DNA from: Actinomycetota bacterium
GTDB lineage: Bacteria; Actinomycetota; Thermoleophilia; RBG-16-64-13
Reading direction: 5' to 3'
Assembly (NCBI GenBank): GCA_023483915.1
Contig: JAMDEO010000118.1
Span: 1-58,263 of the forward strand
DNA length: 58,263 nucleotides
Below the pieces are notes generated by a model. It ran no database searches, had not been told where the DNA came from, and worked only from the letters and a program-made list of their open reading frames with translations. Below, piece after piece: positions 1 through 9,358 of the stretch. Numbering within the stretch: the first letter of the stretch is position 1; each line of letters opens with the position of its first letter. The position numbers were made by a program, and so were the translations under genes.

Positions 1-1265
1 CTGGAACGTAAAGCCAGGCTCAACGTGAGTAAGGTGCCCAACAGAAGAAATGCTCCCAGTCCATTGGGGTTCTCGACTATCGAGTACGCTCTGGTGCTAA
101 TGTCGCCCTCATGGACGTCGATCCATGATGCAGGCATGGGTGCGTGGGTCACATACTGATATAAGCCATGCAATGCCATCGCTACACTTGCCACGATGAA
201 CAGGCTTACAGCCCACTGTATCCAGCGCTTGTTCTTGGGGAAGAGGAAACCTAGAAGATAGAAGAGAATGGGCTGAAACAGCACCCGAAGGGCGAAAATG
301 CCCACGTTCCCCGGTACCCGATTTACGACCACCGAGCCGATAGCCGCCACGAAAGCTAGGATTAGCGGCAGAAGAACGGGCACCGTCCACAATTCTGCTC
401 GTCTCAGGAAGAGCACAGCCCACACGAGTAGCGCGATCGAGAGCAAGAGAAAGGCATCGTCCCAGGCCGCCCCCAGCCCGCCCAGCGAATGCCGGGCGGC
501 CCAATCGACCCAAGGGAAGGCGGCGCCCACCAGGAAGAAGACCTCGGGCCGGTGAAGTACCAGCGCGGCGAGAATAATGACCGCTCCCACTGCGACGATC
601 GGCGCCGGTCCAACCGACGTTGAAATCCCGCCGGCCAGTCCCGCAGCAAGGGCGAGGCCTATCGACGCAAGCAGGAGAGGGTCCCGGCTGATGCGCCTCG
701 CTGCGGCCGCGGTCCGCGGGACGCTCTCACCCGCAGACGTGGTCCCACGGCCACCGTCAGCGGCTTGGCCACCAGCGGCGAGGGCGCCCTTGGGTCCACC
801 CTGGACTACCCCCACGGCCAGCCTTCGGGTGCCACGCACAAGCAGGCTCGACTTCAGCGCCGAGACAAGCCGCGGGGCGCTCACGGCCAGTAGAGCTCCG
901 CCTGCAACCAATATGACGACGACCACTACCCGGCCTGCCGTGACCCCCTCACGAAATACCGCCGACAGCCGGCCGCACCCGAGCGCAAATGCGCCCGCAC
1001 CTACAACCACCAGCCAGTTTCCTCGGGCGAACCTGGACTCCCGGACCCGCAGGCGGCCGTATGCGGCGACCGGTGCCAATACCCCACGAAGCCAGAGATA
1101 GGGCCTGGCAATAACCAGTAGCACCACAGGGTGACCGCTTCGGGTAAGGGGGCGTGCGCCCGCCCGCCGCAACCCGAGCGACACGCTGCCGGCGCACGCC
1201 CGAGAGATCCCCTGCGCGAATGCGATCAAAAACCGGCCTGCGAAGGAATCCCGACCGGAAACCAT
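1..1265 (-). CDS. O-antigen ligase/polymerase-like (Wzy_C-type) polytopic membrane protein, partial; the C-terminus lies beyond the left window edge
   Basis: Absent from the ORF track because it runs off the window. Hand translation of the minus strand is stop-free from 1265 to 1. It gives successive hydrophobic helices (IVAVGAVIILAALVLHRPEVFFLVGAAFPW, LLPLILAFVAAIGSVVVN, FQPILFYLLGFLF) and ends in RAYSIVENPNGLGAFLLLG, an NPNxLG motif typical of O-antigen ligase-like proteins. ATG at 1265 is only one candidate start. The first ~170 aa are Arg/Gly/Ala-rich, so the true start may be further downstream. Confidence 0.55.
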   Translation of the reverse strand, partial: MVSGRDSFAGRFLIAFAQGISRACAGSVSLGLRRAGARPLTRSGHPVVLLVIARPYLWLRGVLAPVAAYGRLRVRESRFARGNWLVVVGAGAFALGCGRLSAVFREGVTAGRVVVVVILVAGGALLAVSAPRLVSALKSSLLVRGTRRLAVGVVQGGPKGALAAGGQAADGGRGTTSAGESVPRTAAAARRISRDPLLLASIGLALAAGLAGGISTSVGPAPIVAVGAVIILAALVLHRPEVFFLVGAAFPWVDWAARHSLGGLGAAWDDAFLLLSIALLVWAVLFLRRAELWTVPVLLPLILAFVAAIGSVVVNRVPGNVGIFALRVLFQPILFYLLGFLFPKNKRWIQWAVSLFIVASVAMALHGLYQYVTHAPMPASWIDVHEGDISTRAYSIVENPNGLGAFLLLGTLLTLSLALRS

Positions 1266-1371
1266 GAAGCCGTTCACTACCCAGGCGGCAAAGCGGTATG
1301 CCAGCGAGCTATCGAGAACGTTCACGGCCGCGCCCCAGTCGTTGCTGTCGCTGAGTTCGAAGCCCGCGCCC

Positions 1372-1875
1372 CTACTTGACCGACTCCGGATTCCAGACCA
1401 GATCGGTAACGATCATGGCCTCCTTCGTTTGACCGCCCAGGACGACTACCTTGTCGCCGCGATTCACCGAGACGCTGCCGATGTGGGCCGATGTATTGGA
1501 GCGCTGGGCACTTCCGAGGACGACGACGTCGACGTCGCTAAGGATCGGGGAATCGAATTCCTGAAGCTGGTTGTCAGAGGTGAGGTACTCTTCCCGGGTC
1601 GGGGTGACCGTCACTTCCTGGACCTTGCCGAGTACGGTCCCCGATTCTTCGCTCAGAGTCACTCCCGATTCCCAGTAGGTCTGCAGGCTGCGAGCATCCG
1701 CATTGCGAATCTCCTTGACTTGAAACGTCACTCGTACGGGAACCGTAGTCGCGGCGTTCCCTGTCAGCCTTACGACAGCGAAGACCACCACCGCTACAAT
1801 CACGAGGAGGACCAAGATGTCAATGATGTTGACTTTACCGAAGATGCGCCCCCGCTCGTCAAGAAAGCGGCTCAT
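1372..1875 (-). CDS. DUF4330-like membrane-anchored protein
   Basis: ORF 1372..1902. MSRFLDERGRIFGKVNIIDILVLLVIVAVVVF matches the usual DUF4330 N-terminus. ATG at 1875 is preceded by AAGGATGG. The longer TTG/ATG start at 1902 is possible. Confidence 0.7.
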   Translation of the reverse strand: MSRFLDERGRIFGKVNIIDILVLLVIVAVVVFAVVRLTGNAATTVPVRVTFQVKEIRNADARSLQTYWESGVTLSEESGTVLGKVQEVTVTPTREEYLTSDNQLQEFDSPILSDVDVVVLGSAQRSNTSAHIGSVSVNRGDKVVVLGGQTKEAMIVTDLVWNPESVK

Positions 1876-1979
1876 CGGCACCATCCTTAAGGTCGTTGCC
1901 ATGGGAAGGTCGCTCGAATTCTATCAGCTTCGCACACTTGCTCTTGACAAGGCGGTGGGCTAGAGTCCGTCCGAAGTCC

Positions 1980-3641
1980 ATGACACATACGGACGACATG
2001 CAGACTGAGGATGGTGCCCCGCAGGAGCGGCGGCTCATCTCGCGCCGGGGCTTCCTCAAAGCGGCGGGAGCCGTCAGCCTCGGGGTCGCAGTCGGCGGCC
2101 TGAGTGGCTACGGTCTGTCAGGCTGCGGCCCTAAAGAAAGCAGTCCTGGCCAGACGGTCTCTCCGACGCTTCCCGGGCCCATGGTCACCGGCACGGTACC
2201 AGGTAACGACCTTCCTCTGGGCGCTGAGCCCGCCGCCTATCAAGCTCCCTCCCCTACTCTTCTTCCCTCTCCCGAAGAGGCCCCAGTCGAGATCACGACC
2301 GACATCTGCGTCGTGGGCGGAGGAGCCGCGGGGATGGCCGCCGCTACGGTGGCGGCGGAGATGGGCGCAAGAGTGGTGCTGGTAGAGGAGGCTTTCATCC
2401 TCGGTGGGAACGTGACGAGAGGTCTCGTGAGCCTGGATCGAGTCGGCTGGGGTGGAGGCTTGATGGTAGAAGGCTGGTACACTAAGCTCATTCGCGGTCT
2501 CTCTGACCAGGGAGACGCCGTGTTTCCCGGCGAGCAAACGGGGCTGACCACGCCTTGCGACCCCGATGCGTTGCGCCGCCGGGCATTGGCGCTCGCGCGC
2601 AAGGCAGGCGTCGACGTGCGTCTGGGCGCGAGGGCGATCTGGGTGGAGGTCGCCGCGTCCGGCACGGCCCCTTCAAGTAGTGCAGCCACTGGGTCCTCGC
2701 CGGGACCGCCCGGCGGTACAACCATCAAGTCGGTGCTGGTGCGCGAACAAACCACGCTCGCCAAGATCACAGCGTCAGCATTCATCGATTGTACGGGTGA
2801 TGGCAATCTGGGTTATCTGGCCGGGTGCACGTATTGGCTGGGCGATCGGGACACCGGCTTCATTCAGGGCCAGACCCTCATTTTCTTCGCTGCTCCGGTG
2901 AATGTGGATCAACTGTGGTCATACGCCCGAGCTGAAGGCAGTCAGGTGGAGGAGTACCGCATCGTGGGGTTGCGCCATCTCATGAGTGAACTGCAGGGCA
3001 CGGGAGCCGTCGAGGGCCCGGCTCAGGGAGGCATCCTCATCGACCGGAATATGTGGCCTAACACGGTGTCCATATCTGCAAGCGAGACCTATGGTAACCA
3101 TCTCGAACCGGGAGGGCTCGCTCAGATCCTCGCCACCCTCGAGACCCAGAACAAGCAGATCCATCAGGCCCTCCGGTCCCGGGTCCCCGGCTTTGAGAGT
3201 TCCCGGATAGTCCGCCTGGCAGAGCGGCCGTATCTGCGGGAAGGCCGGCGTCTGGCGGGGTACTACCAGCTGACTGCGGTGGATATCCAGAAGGCGCTCA
3301 AGCCGGATGACTCGATAGCCCGCGGCTACTATCCCGTAGATTTGCATCGCTCGGTGGGTGCCGGCATCGTCCAATCGGTATACCTCTCGATCGGAGACTG
3401 GTACGGTATCCCGTATCGCTGCATCGTGGCGCGGGATCTCGACAACCTCCTCATGGCAGGCCGGTGTATTTCGGTGACCCACGAGGCTTTGGGCTCCACA
3501 CGGATATCGCCGGTGTCTATAGCGTTGGGCCAGGCGGCCGGTGTCGCAGCAACGCTCAGCGTCCGCAAGAGCGTGCGGCCGGCCGACTTGCCGGCCGCTG
3601 ACGTGCGGACCGAACTTCACAAACAAGGAGCACTCACCTAG
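1980..3641 (+). CDS. FAD-dependent oxidoreductase (FAD_oxidored type) with Tat signal and lipobox
   Basis: ORF 1896..3641. Internal ATG at 1980 gives MTHTDD...RRLISRRGFLKAAGAVSLGVAVGGLSGYGLSGCG (twin-arginine motif plus LSGC lipobox). Dinucleotide motif DICVVGGGAAGMAAATVAAEMGARVVLVEE. Confidence 0.75.
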   Translation: MTHTDDMQTEDGAPQERRLISRRGFLKAAGAVSLGVAVGGLSGYGLSGCGPKESSPGQTVSPTLPGPMVTGTVPGNDLPLGAEPAAYQAPSPTLLPSPEEAPVEITTDICVVGGGAAGMAAATVAAEMGARVVLVEEAFILGGNVTRGLVSLDRVGWGGGLMVEGWYTKLIRGLSDQGDAVFPGEQTGLTTPCDPDALRRRALALARKAGVDVRLGARAIWVEVAASGTAPSSSAATGSSPGPPGGTTIKSVLVREQTTLAKITASAFIDCTGDGNLGYLAGCTYWLGDRDTGFIQGQTLIFFAAPVNVDQLWSYARAEGSQVEEYRIVGLRHLMSELQGTGAVEGPAQGGILIDRNMWPNTVSISASETYGNHLEPGGLAQILATLETQNKQIHQALRSRVPGFESSRIVRLAERPYLREGRRLAGYYQLTAVDIQKALKPDDSIARGYYPVDLHRSVGAGIVQSVYLSIGDWYGIPYRCIVARDLDNLLMAGRCISVTHEALGSTRISPVSIALGQAAGVAATLSVRKSVRPADLPAADVRTELHKQGALT

Positions 3642-3642
3642 A

Positions 3643-4881
3643 TTGAGCAGCGCCGAGATAACAGGCGACCGTGTAAACCCCGCAGATAGAGCGACCCACC
3701 GCTCCGCGGGCGAGCAGGCCAGCGCCCGCACCATCTTCATCACCTTTGGCACACGCCCTGAGGCCATCAAAATGGCCCCGGTTGTCCTCGAGCTCCGGCG
3801 CCGTGCCGTTTTCAACGTGGTCACGTGCCTCACCGGGCAGCATCGGGAGATGCTGGACCAAGTGGTGGAGGCCTTTGCTCTGCCTGTGGACTATGACCTG
3901 AAGGTCATGCGCGAGCAGCAGACATTGGGGCACGTGACGTCTGCGGTGCTAAAAAGCATCGACCCTCTGCTCGAGGCCGAAAGGCCCAACCTCGTCATCG
4001 TCCACGGCGATACCACCACGACCTTCGCTGCCGCCCTGGCCGCGTTTTACCGCATGATCCCGGTAGCCCACGTTGAAGCAGGCCTGCGGACCGACAACGT
4101 TTACAGCCCTTATCCTGAAGAGATGAACCGGCGCCTGGCCGACCGCGTCGCGGACATCTTCTACGCTCCCACCCCTGCGGCTCGGGAAGCGCTGCTCTGG
4201 GAGGGGGTTGCGCGGGGGAAGATCCTCGTGACCGGCAATACCGTGATCGATGCGCTGGTGGCGACAGCGGCTACCCCGGCTCCGCCATGGGAGCCGCGGG
4301 TGGCTGCCGCTCTCGGGAGGTCTGGCCCCAAGGTGCTTGTCACCGTCCATCGCCGTGAGAGTTGGGGGGCACCCATGGAGCGGGTGGCTCTTGCCATCAA
4401 GCGAGTCTCCGAAGCTCTCCCGGAGACAACCTTCATTTTTCCCATCCACCTGAACCCGGTTGTTCGTAAGACGTTCCGAGAGGCCCTGGGGCAAGTCACG
4501 CAGGTCGTGTTCAGCGAGCCCTTGGCGTATCAAGCCTTTGTCCACTTGATGAAAGCGGTTGACGTCGTAATTACGGATTCCGGGGGGATTCAGGAGGAGG
4601 CGCCCACGCTGGGTAAACCTGTGTTGGTAATGCGTGACACCACCGAGCGCCCGGAGGGGATCGAGGCGGGAACTGCCAAGTTGGTAGGAACGAACGACGA
4701 GGTCATCGCTCGGGAGTTGCTTCTGCTTCTGACGGACAAAAGAGAGTTCGCCAAGATGGCTGCCGCCATCAACCCGTACGGGGACGGCCACGCGGCAACA
4801 AGGATCGCCGACCACCTGGAGCACCAGTTTGGCCTGCGCGAGAAGACGCCGGAGGAATTCAGCACTGCGCCTTTCTGTTAG
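3643..4881 (+). CDS. wecB: UDP-N-acetylglucosamine 2-epimerase (non-hydrolysing)
   Basis: IFITFGTRPEAIKMAPV...LTGQHREMLDQV...VHGDTTTTFAAALAAFY..IPVAHVEAGLRT are hallmark WecB/MnaA motifs. In-frame TTG at 3643 follows AAGGAG (3625..3630) and avoids overlap with the upstream gene. The ORF-track start at 3541 is unlikely. Confidence 0.9.
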   Translation: MSSAEITGDRVNPADRATHRSAGEQASARTIFITFGTRPEAIKMAPVVLELRRRAVFNVVTCLTGQHREMLDQVVEAFALPVDYDLKVMREQQTLGHVTSAVLKSIDPLLEAERPNLVIVHGDTTTTFAAALAAFYRMIPVAHVEAGLRTDNVYSPYPEEMNRRLADRVADIFYAPTPAAREALLWEGVARGKILVTGNTVIDALVATAATPAPPWEPRVAAALGRSGPKVLVTVHRRESWGAPMERVALAIKRVSEALPETTFIFPIHLNPVVRKTFREALGQVTQVVFSEPLAYQAFVHLMKAVDVVITDSGGIQEEAPTLGKPVLVMRDTTERPEGIEAGTAKLVGTNDEVIARELLLLLTDKREFAKMAAAINPYGDGHAATRIADHLEHQFGLREKTPEEFSTAPFC

Positions 4882-4894
4882 CGTGACCCGCGGT

Positions 4895-5707
4895 TCATCC
4901 GCTCTGCAGGCGCGCTGAGCCTGTGCGCCGGGCGATCAGGGCAGCGGCTGCGCCCGCTCCCACTCCGTTATCTATGTTCACGGCCACCAGCCCTGGTGAG
5001 CAGCTCTGCAGGATGGAGTAGAGCGCACCCGTTCCGTCTCCTCCCAGGCCGTAGCCGGTGGATGTTGGCAAGCCTATAACGGGGATATCCACCAAACCTG
5101 CAACAACTGAGGGTAGAGCTCCTTCCATGCCGGCGGCCACCACCAAGGCATCCGCTCGGGCCTCGATGATCCGCGTAAGGGGTTCCAGCAATCGGTGAAC
5201 TCCCGCCACGCCCACGTCGTAGGCTTTCTCTATCCGGCAGCCCATGTGCCTGATCACCAGGACGGCCTCCTCTGCCGCAGGGATGTCGGAGGTCCCCGCT
5301 GTCAGCAGACCTACGCAGCCTTTCTCCTCGGGAAACCGGTACCAGACCGCCCGCGCTGATAGCGTACACGCTGCTGCTTCATAATCGAACTCAAGCGCCC
5401 CATCCAGGGTCTCCCGCAGGATCTCCGCCCGTTCCGCCGTGAGCCTGCTCACCAGGGCAAGCCCGCGCGCCTCCAGCAACCGTTTGACGATTGCGGCCAA
5501 TCGCTCGTCGGTCTTACTCTGCGCCAAGACAACCTCGGGCACGCCCTTGCGCAGGTCGCGGTAGAGGTCGAGCTTCGCAAAGTCCTCAAGGTGCGAAACC
5601 TGCAGCAGACGCAGCTTTTCGAGAACATCATCGAGGCCGCTCTCCCCCGCGACGAGGCTTTCCAGCAGCCGCCTGAGATCCTTCTCTCGGCCAGCGTCTT
5701 CGCTCAC
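4895..5707 (-). CDS. larB: Nickel-pincer cofactor biosynthesis protein LarB (AIR-carboxylase-like)
   Basis: N-terminal helical region followed by GLLTAGTSDIPAAEEA...VAGVHRL...VVAAGMEGALPSVVAGLVDIPVIGLPTSTGYG, typical of LarB. GTG start overlaps the upstream stop (GTGA). Confidence 0.85.
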   Translation of the reverse strand: MSEDAGREKDLRRLLESLVAGESGLDDVLEKLRLLQVSHLEDFAKLDLYRDLRKGVPEVVLAQSKTDERLAAIVKRLLEARGLALVSRLTAERAEILRETLDGALEFDYEAAACTLSARAVWYRFPEEKGCVGLLTAGTSDIPAAEEAVLVIRHMGCRIEKAYDVGVAGVHRLLEPLTRIIEARADALVVAAGMEGALPSVVAGLVDIPVIGLPTSTGYGLGGDGTGALYSILQSCSPGLVAVNIDNGVGAGAAAALIARRTGSARLQSG

Positions 5708-6649
5708 AGGCCGAACACCTCCCGAGCGTTGTTGCCAAGCACCGCTTCTCGCATCTCAGAACCAAGTTCGCTGATTCCGTCGAGATACCGGGCGGGCGAA
5801 AGGAGTGGGAAGTCGCTGCCAAAAATGATCTTTCCCCGCCCGACGCACGATACACCCACCGGATAGACTCTCGAGTCGTACAGGTACGGAACCGCCGATG
5901 TATCGTAGTAAACCCGGGAAAGGGCCTGCCGTACCTCGGGCATGAGCTCATAGAAGAGAAGGCCGCCCCCCCATATGGGCCAGCACAAGAGTGAGGTCCG
6001 GATGCGCGCTCGCGAATGCGGCGAACATATCAACCGGGAACCGTCCTTTGCCGGGATACAGGTGGCCCACGGGCTCATTGGCATGCAGCAAGAGGGGAGC
6101 ATCTCTCTCTGCTAGAAAGACCGCCAGATCGTGCCAGCCTCCTTCGAGGCCCCCGTCCCGCACCACCAACTCGCCACAGCCGCGCAGGCCGGCATCTAGA
6201 CAACGCTCAGCCTCGTCGACGCCCTCTCGAGAGTCTGGAGCGACGCAGGCCAGTCCCGCCAGGCGACCAGGGTGGGCCCTCACGGCCTCGATAACGTAGT
6301 CATTCACCAACCGGCAAAGACCAGGGTCGGCAAAGGGAAAGCCGAACACGACTGAGGTCGCGACGCCGCAATCATCCATCTCCCGGATGACGTCCTCAGC
6401 GGAGGCCATACGCGCGCGCGGATCGGAGTAGAGATTTCGGAACCAGGCGTCACGCTTGAGATATGCCGCCCGCTCGCAAACGATCTCCGGCGGAAAGACG
6501 TGAACATGGGCATCGACAATACCGGTGAACGGCAGCGCATCGCCGCACGAGGCTCCGGCGGCTTGTTGAACCGGCTCTTGAAGAAGGCCGGCGGGAAGCG
6601 CGGCCGGCGGATGGGTGCTCATAACGGATCCCCTCTCCTCTGCCCTCAA
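5704..6649 (-). pseudogene. Amidohydrolase (Amidohydro_2/TIM-barrel metal hydrolase) interrupted by a +1 frameshift in a C7/G7 homopolymer
   Basis: ORFs 5948..6649 (…IVDAHVHVFPPE…LLLHANEP…LTLVLAHMGGRPSLL*) and 5704..6102 (…WGGGLLFYELMPE…YYDTSAV…IIFGSDFPLL) are the two halves of one protein. Removing one C from the run at 5966..5972 restores LAHMGGGLLFYEL. Confidence 0.7.
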
Positions 6650-6658
6650 CGGCAGGCG

Positions 6659-7615
6659 TCAGGCAACGGCTGTAAGAAGAATGGTTTCCACGAGCTCTTC
6701 ATAGGAGAGACCTGCCGCTCTCGCCTGCGCGGGAAGGTCGGAGAGTTCGGTCATCCCGGGCAGGGTGTTCACTTCGATGAACCACGGTACGCCCTCCTTG
6801 TCGACCATGATGTCCACTCGCCCGTATCCGCGGCAGCCGATGGCCGCAAAGGCTGCAACCGCGACAGCCTGGGCTTTGGCATAGACCGAGGACTCCAAAC
6901 GCGCCGGCAGGATGAAATCGGTCATGCCTTCAGTGTACTTGGCCTCATAATCGTAGAACTCGTTCTTCGGCACGAGCTCCAGGATCGGCAAGGCCTCGCC
7001 GCGCCCGGCCCGTTCCAACACACCCACTGTTATCTCCGTGCCGGAGATGAACTTCTCGGCAAACATGGCGCCATACTCGGCGAGGCCGTGCCCCAGGTAC
7101 GCCCGCAGTTGCTCGCTGGTCTTGCACTTCGAGACGCCCAGACTGGAGCCTTCCTCGACCGGCTTGAGCATCACCGGTAGCCCAACCTCCGTCTCAACCT
7201 GAGCAGCTGCTGAAACCGGTTCGGCGTCAAACGGGATCTCGCAGTAGTCTGGGGTCGGCACCCCGCTGCCCCGGACGACCTTCTTCGCGGCGATCTTGTT
7301 CATCCCCAGTGCCGATGCGAGAACCCCGGAACCGGTATACGGGATCCCCATTATCTCGAGGAGCCCTTGGATGCTCCCATCTTCGCCGTAGCGGCCATGT
7401 AGGGCCAGGAAGGCAACCTCGATGCCCTCTTCGTCTAGGCGCTCAGCCACATCTCGGACCGCGTCGATGCGGATGGCCCGATATCCCAAAGATTGCAGCG
7501 CGTTTAAGCAGTTGGCCCCAGATCGGAGGGAAATCTCTCGCTCACCGGATAGCCCGCCCATGAGCACACCAATGGTCTTGGTCTTGAGGATTGTTCGATC
7601 CATCCGGAAACCCAT
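6659..7615 (-). CDS. ddl: D-alanine--D-alanine ligase
   Basis: IGVLMGGLSGEREISLRSG...VAFLALHGRYGEDGSIQGLLEIMGIPYTGSGVLASALGMNK...EVNTLPGMT are Ddl signatures. The start could be the internal ATG at 7603. Confidence 0.9.
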   Translation of the reverse strand: MGFRMDRTILKTKTIGVLMGGLSGEREISLRSGANCLNALQSLGYRAIRIDAVRDVAERLDEEGIEVAFLALHGRYGEDGSIQGLLEIMGIPYTGSGVLASALGMNKIAAKKVVRGSGVPTPDYCEIPFDAEPVSAAAQVETEVGLPVMLKPVEEGSSLGVSKCKTSEQLRAYLGHGLAEYGAMFAEKFISGTEITVGVLERAGRGEALPILELVPKNEFYDYEAKYTEGMTDFILPARLESSVYAKAQAVAVAAFAAIGCRGYGRVDIMVDKEGVPWFIEVNTLPGMTELSDLPAQARAAGLSYEELVETILLTAVA

Positions 7616-7674
7616 GCGGGGAACGATACCACAGCAAAAGGTGGCGCCCCGGAATCACAGACAACCCTCTCCGA

Positions 7675-8709
7675 TTAGCCGACGGCAGTCCTTGCGCGCT
7701 CGCTAACGCCCTGCTGCGCCCGGGCTCCTTCAGAGCCAACCGTGGAGATCACCCGCACAGGCACGCGGGACCCGCTGACCCGGCGGAAAGCGGCAGTGCT
7801 GTGCGCCCCAGCTTCCGCGGCCGACAGCAGATCCACAGCACTAAGACCATCGACCGGGGCCGACGCCCAGCCGACCACACATTCCACTCTATGGCCCTCG
7901 ATGAGATGCTCACACACTTTCCGCCCCAAGCTCATTGCCAGGCCCTCAATGTCATAAGGCTCGCTCCAGCCTAGGTCAGCATCCCGACCAGCCACGCCAG
8001 CAGCCGCAGACTCGCTGTCAAAGAGAAAGGCTATGCGCCCTCCGGACAGGGGGAAGCGCTGTGAATCCTGACCGAGCAACCGTATCCCTCGCCGGCCGAT
8101 CGCGGACATCATGCGTTGCGCGGCATCCTCGCCATAGTAGGAAACAAACTCTGGGAAGCGGACAATGCGAAGAACGACGAGCCCGAACCGAGCTCGGTTC
8201 TCCGCGTAGACTCTCAGTCTGATCCTTATCACGGATTCCAGGTCGCTCTCCGGGTCGGCCTGCCTGACGCGGGCAGCGCGGCTCATGCCTTCTGTGCTGA
8301 GGCGCGCATGTGTAGTTCTCTTCCCTCCGGTATCTACTGCCGGCAAATGCTGCCCGCTATCCGCGAGATACGTGATGGCTAGGCCGGCTCCGCAGAGAAC
8401 GGCAACCATTGTCTTCAGCGCGGCCCCCGAGCTCCAAGCGGCCAACGGGAGGAGCAGAGCAGTGTCTGTGAGGACCAATAGGTACCCGAGGCGGCGGTCG
8501 GCCGCGAAGGTCTGAGTCAGGCGAAGTGCCCAGCACGAGTAGAGGACACCAAAGACGATGTAAAGGACCCAGACAGGAGCTGATCGCATCCCCGCAAGAG
8601 GCGGACCCGTTAGGGTGAGAACGAGGAGGAGGGGGAGTCGTACTCGAGCCTTTGTCCGCTCGGTCATGATGATAGGCGGGGCTGTCCGCTGGCCTGTCAT
8701 GGTCCTCAA
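7675..8709 (-). CDS. Membrane protein with C-terminal degenerate GGDEF-like domain
   Basis: 3-4 N-terminal hydrophobic helices, then FGLVVLRIVRFPEFVSYYGEDAAQRMMSAIGRRGIRLLGQDSQRFPLSGGRIAFLF. This parallels the GGDEF fold, with SGGRIAF replacing RxGGDEF. Confidence 0.55.
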   Translation of the reverse strand: MRTMTGQRTAPPIIMTERTKARVRLPLLLVLTLTGPPLAGMRSAPVWVLYIVFGVLYSCWALRLTQTFAADRRLGYLLVLTDTALLLPLAAWSSGAALKTMVAVLCGAGLAITYLADSGQHLPAVDTGGKRTTHARLSTEGMSRAARVRQADPESDLESVIRIRLRVYAENRARFGLVVLRIVRFPEFVSYYGEDAAQRMMSAIGRRGIRLLGQDSQRFPLSGGRIAFLFDSESAAAGVAGRDADLGWSEPYDIEGLAMSLGRKVCEHLIEGHRVECVVGWASAPVDGLSAVDLLSAAEAGAHSTAAFRRVSGSRVPVRVISTVGSEGARAQQGVSERARTAVG

Positions 8710-8900
8710 GTTGCATTGTAAAGCAATCGCAATGGTTTTGCAATACTCATTGCTAAATCTAAAAGGTGAAACGCAATCGTCTGCTCACAGCGTAATATGC
8801 AGGCAATAATCCTGTTGCAGGCGGACGAATCCAAGCTTCGTCAAACTGGGAGGGCCTGAAGGCCTCCGATAGCGAAGGCCACGCGAAAAGCCGGGGAAAG

Positions 8901-9323
8901 CTAGGGAATCAGGAGGATCGGGATCGCGATATTCCGCACCACACGATCGCTGATGCTGCCGAGAACAATGTCCTTCGGCTCAGTGCGGCCGCGCCTATCC
9001 ATCACGACGAGATCGATCCCCGGCAGCGACGCTTCAGCGACGATGGTTTCCGCCGAAGGGCCAACGGCGATCTTGACCTCGGCCCCCACTCTGCGTCGCC
9101 GGAGAACGCCGAGAGCCGCGGAGAGACCTTCCTGCCCCATTCTCTCTACATAGTCTTCGAGTCCATCGACTCTTGCAGCTTTGACGACGTGTTGCGGGAC
9201 CGACACAGCAGTGACAAGGACCAATTCGGCGTGGTAGCGGGCGGCCAGCTCCACGCCCGCCTCGACCCCCCGGGTGGAGGACTCGGTCCCGTCGACAGCG
9301 ATCAAGATGCGGCGAACAATCAC
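8901..9323 (-). CDS. Universal stress protein (UspA family)
   Basis: ILIAVDGTESS...AELVLVTAV...IDLVVMDRRGR...LGSISDRVVRNIAIPILLIP. The ORF-track N-terminus (to 9557) runs through two tRNA genes. In-frame GTG at 9323 follows GAGGGGG. Confidence 0.8.
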   Translation of the reverse strand: MIVRRILIAVDGTESSTRGVEAGVELAARYHAELVLVTAVSVPQHVVKAARVDGLEDYVERMGQEGLSAALGVLRRRRVGAEVKIAVGPSAETIVAEASLPGIDLVVMDRRGRTEPKDIVLGSISDRVVRNIAIPILLIP

Positions 9324-9358
9324 TCCTGCCCCCTCGGGGCCAAACCTGGGAACCAAAG

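Noticed and set aside
3541-3642. The long N-terminal extension of wecB (ORF-track start 3541). Similar extensions occur for rsmG (33956), trpB2 (47093), fumarate hydratase alpha (52401) and beta (53282), sdhD (54054), the GHKL gene (23662) and the FAD oxidoreductase (1896).
   Set aside because: The extensions overlap the preceding gene or are Arg/Gly/Pro-rich and not protein-like. In each case an internal start with a Shine-Dalgarno-like purine tract matches the usual family N-terminus.
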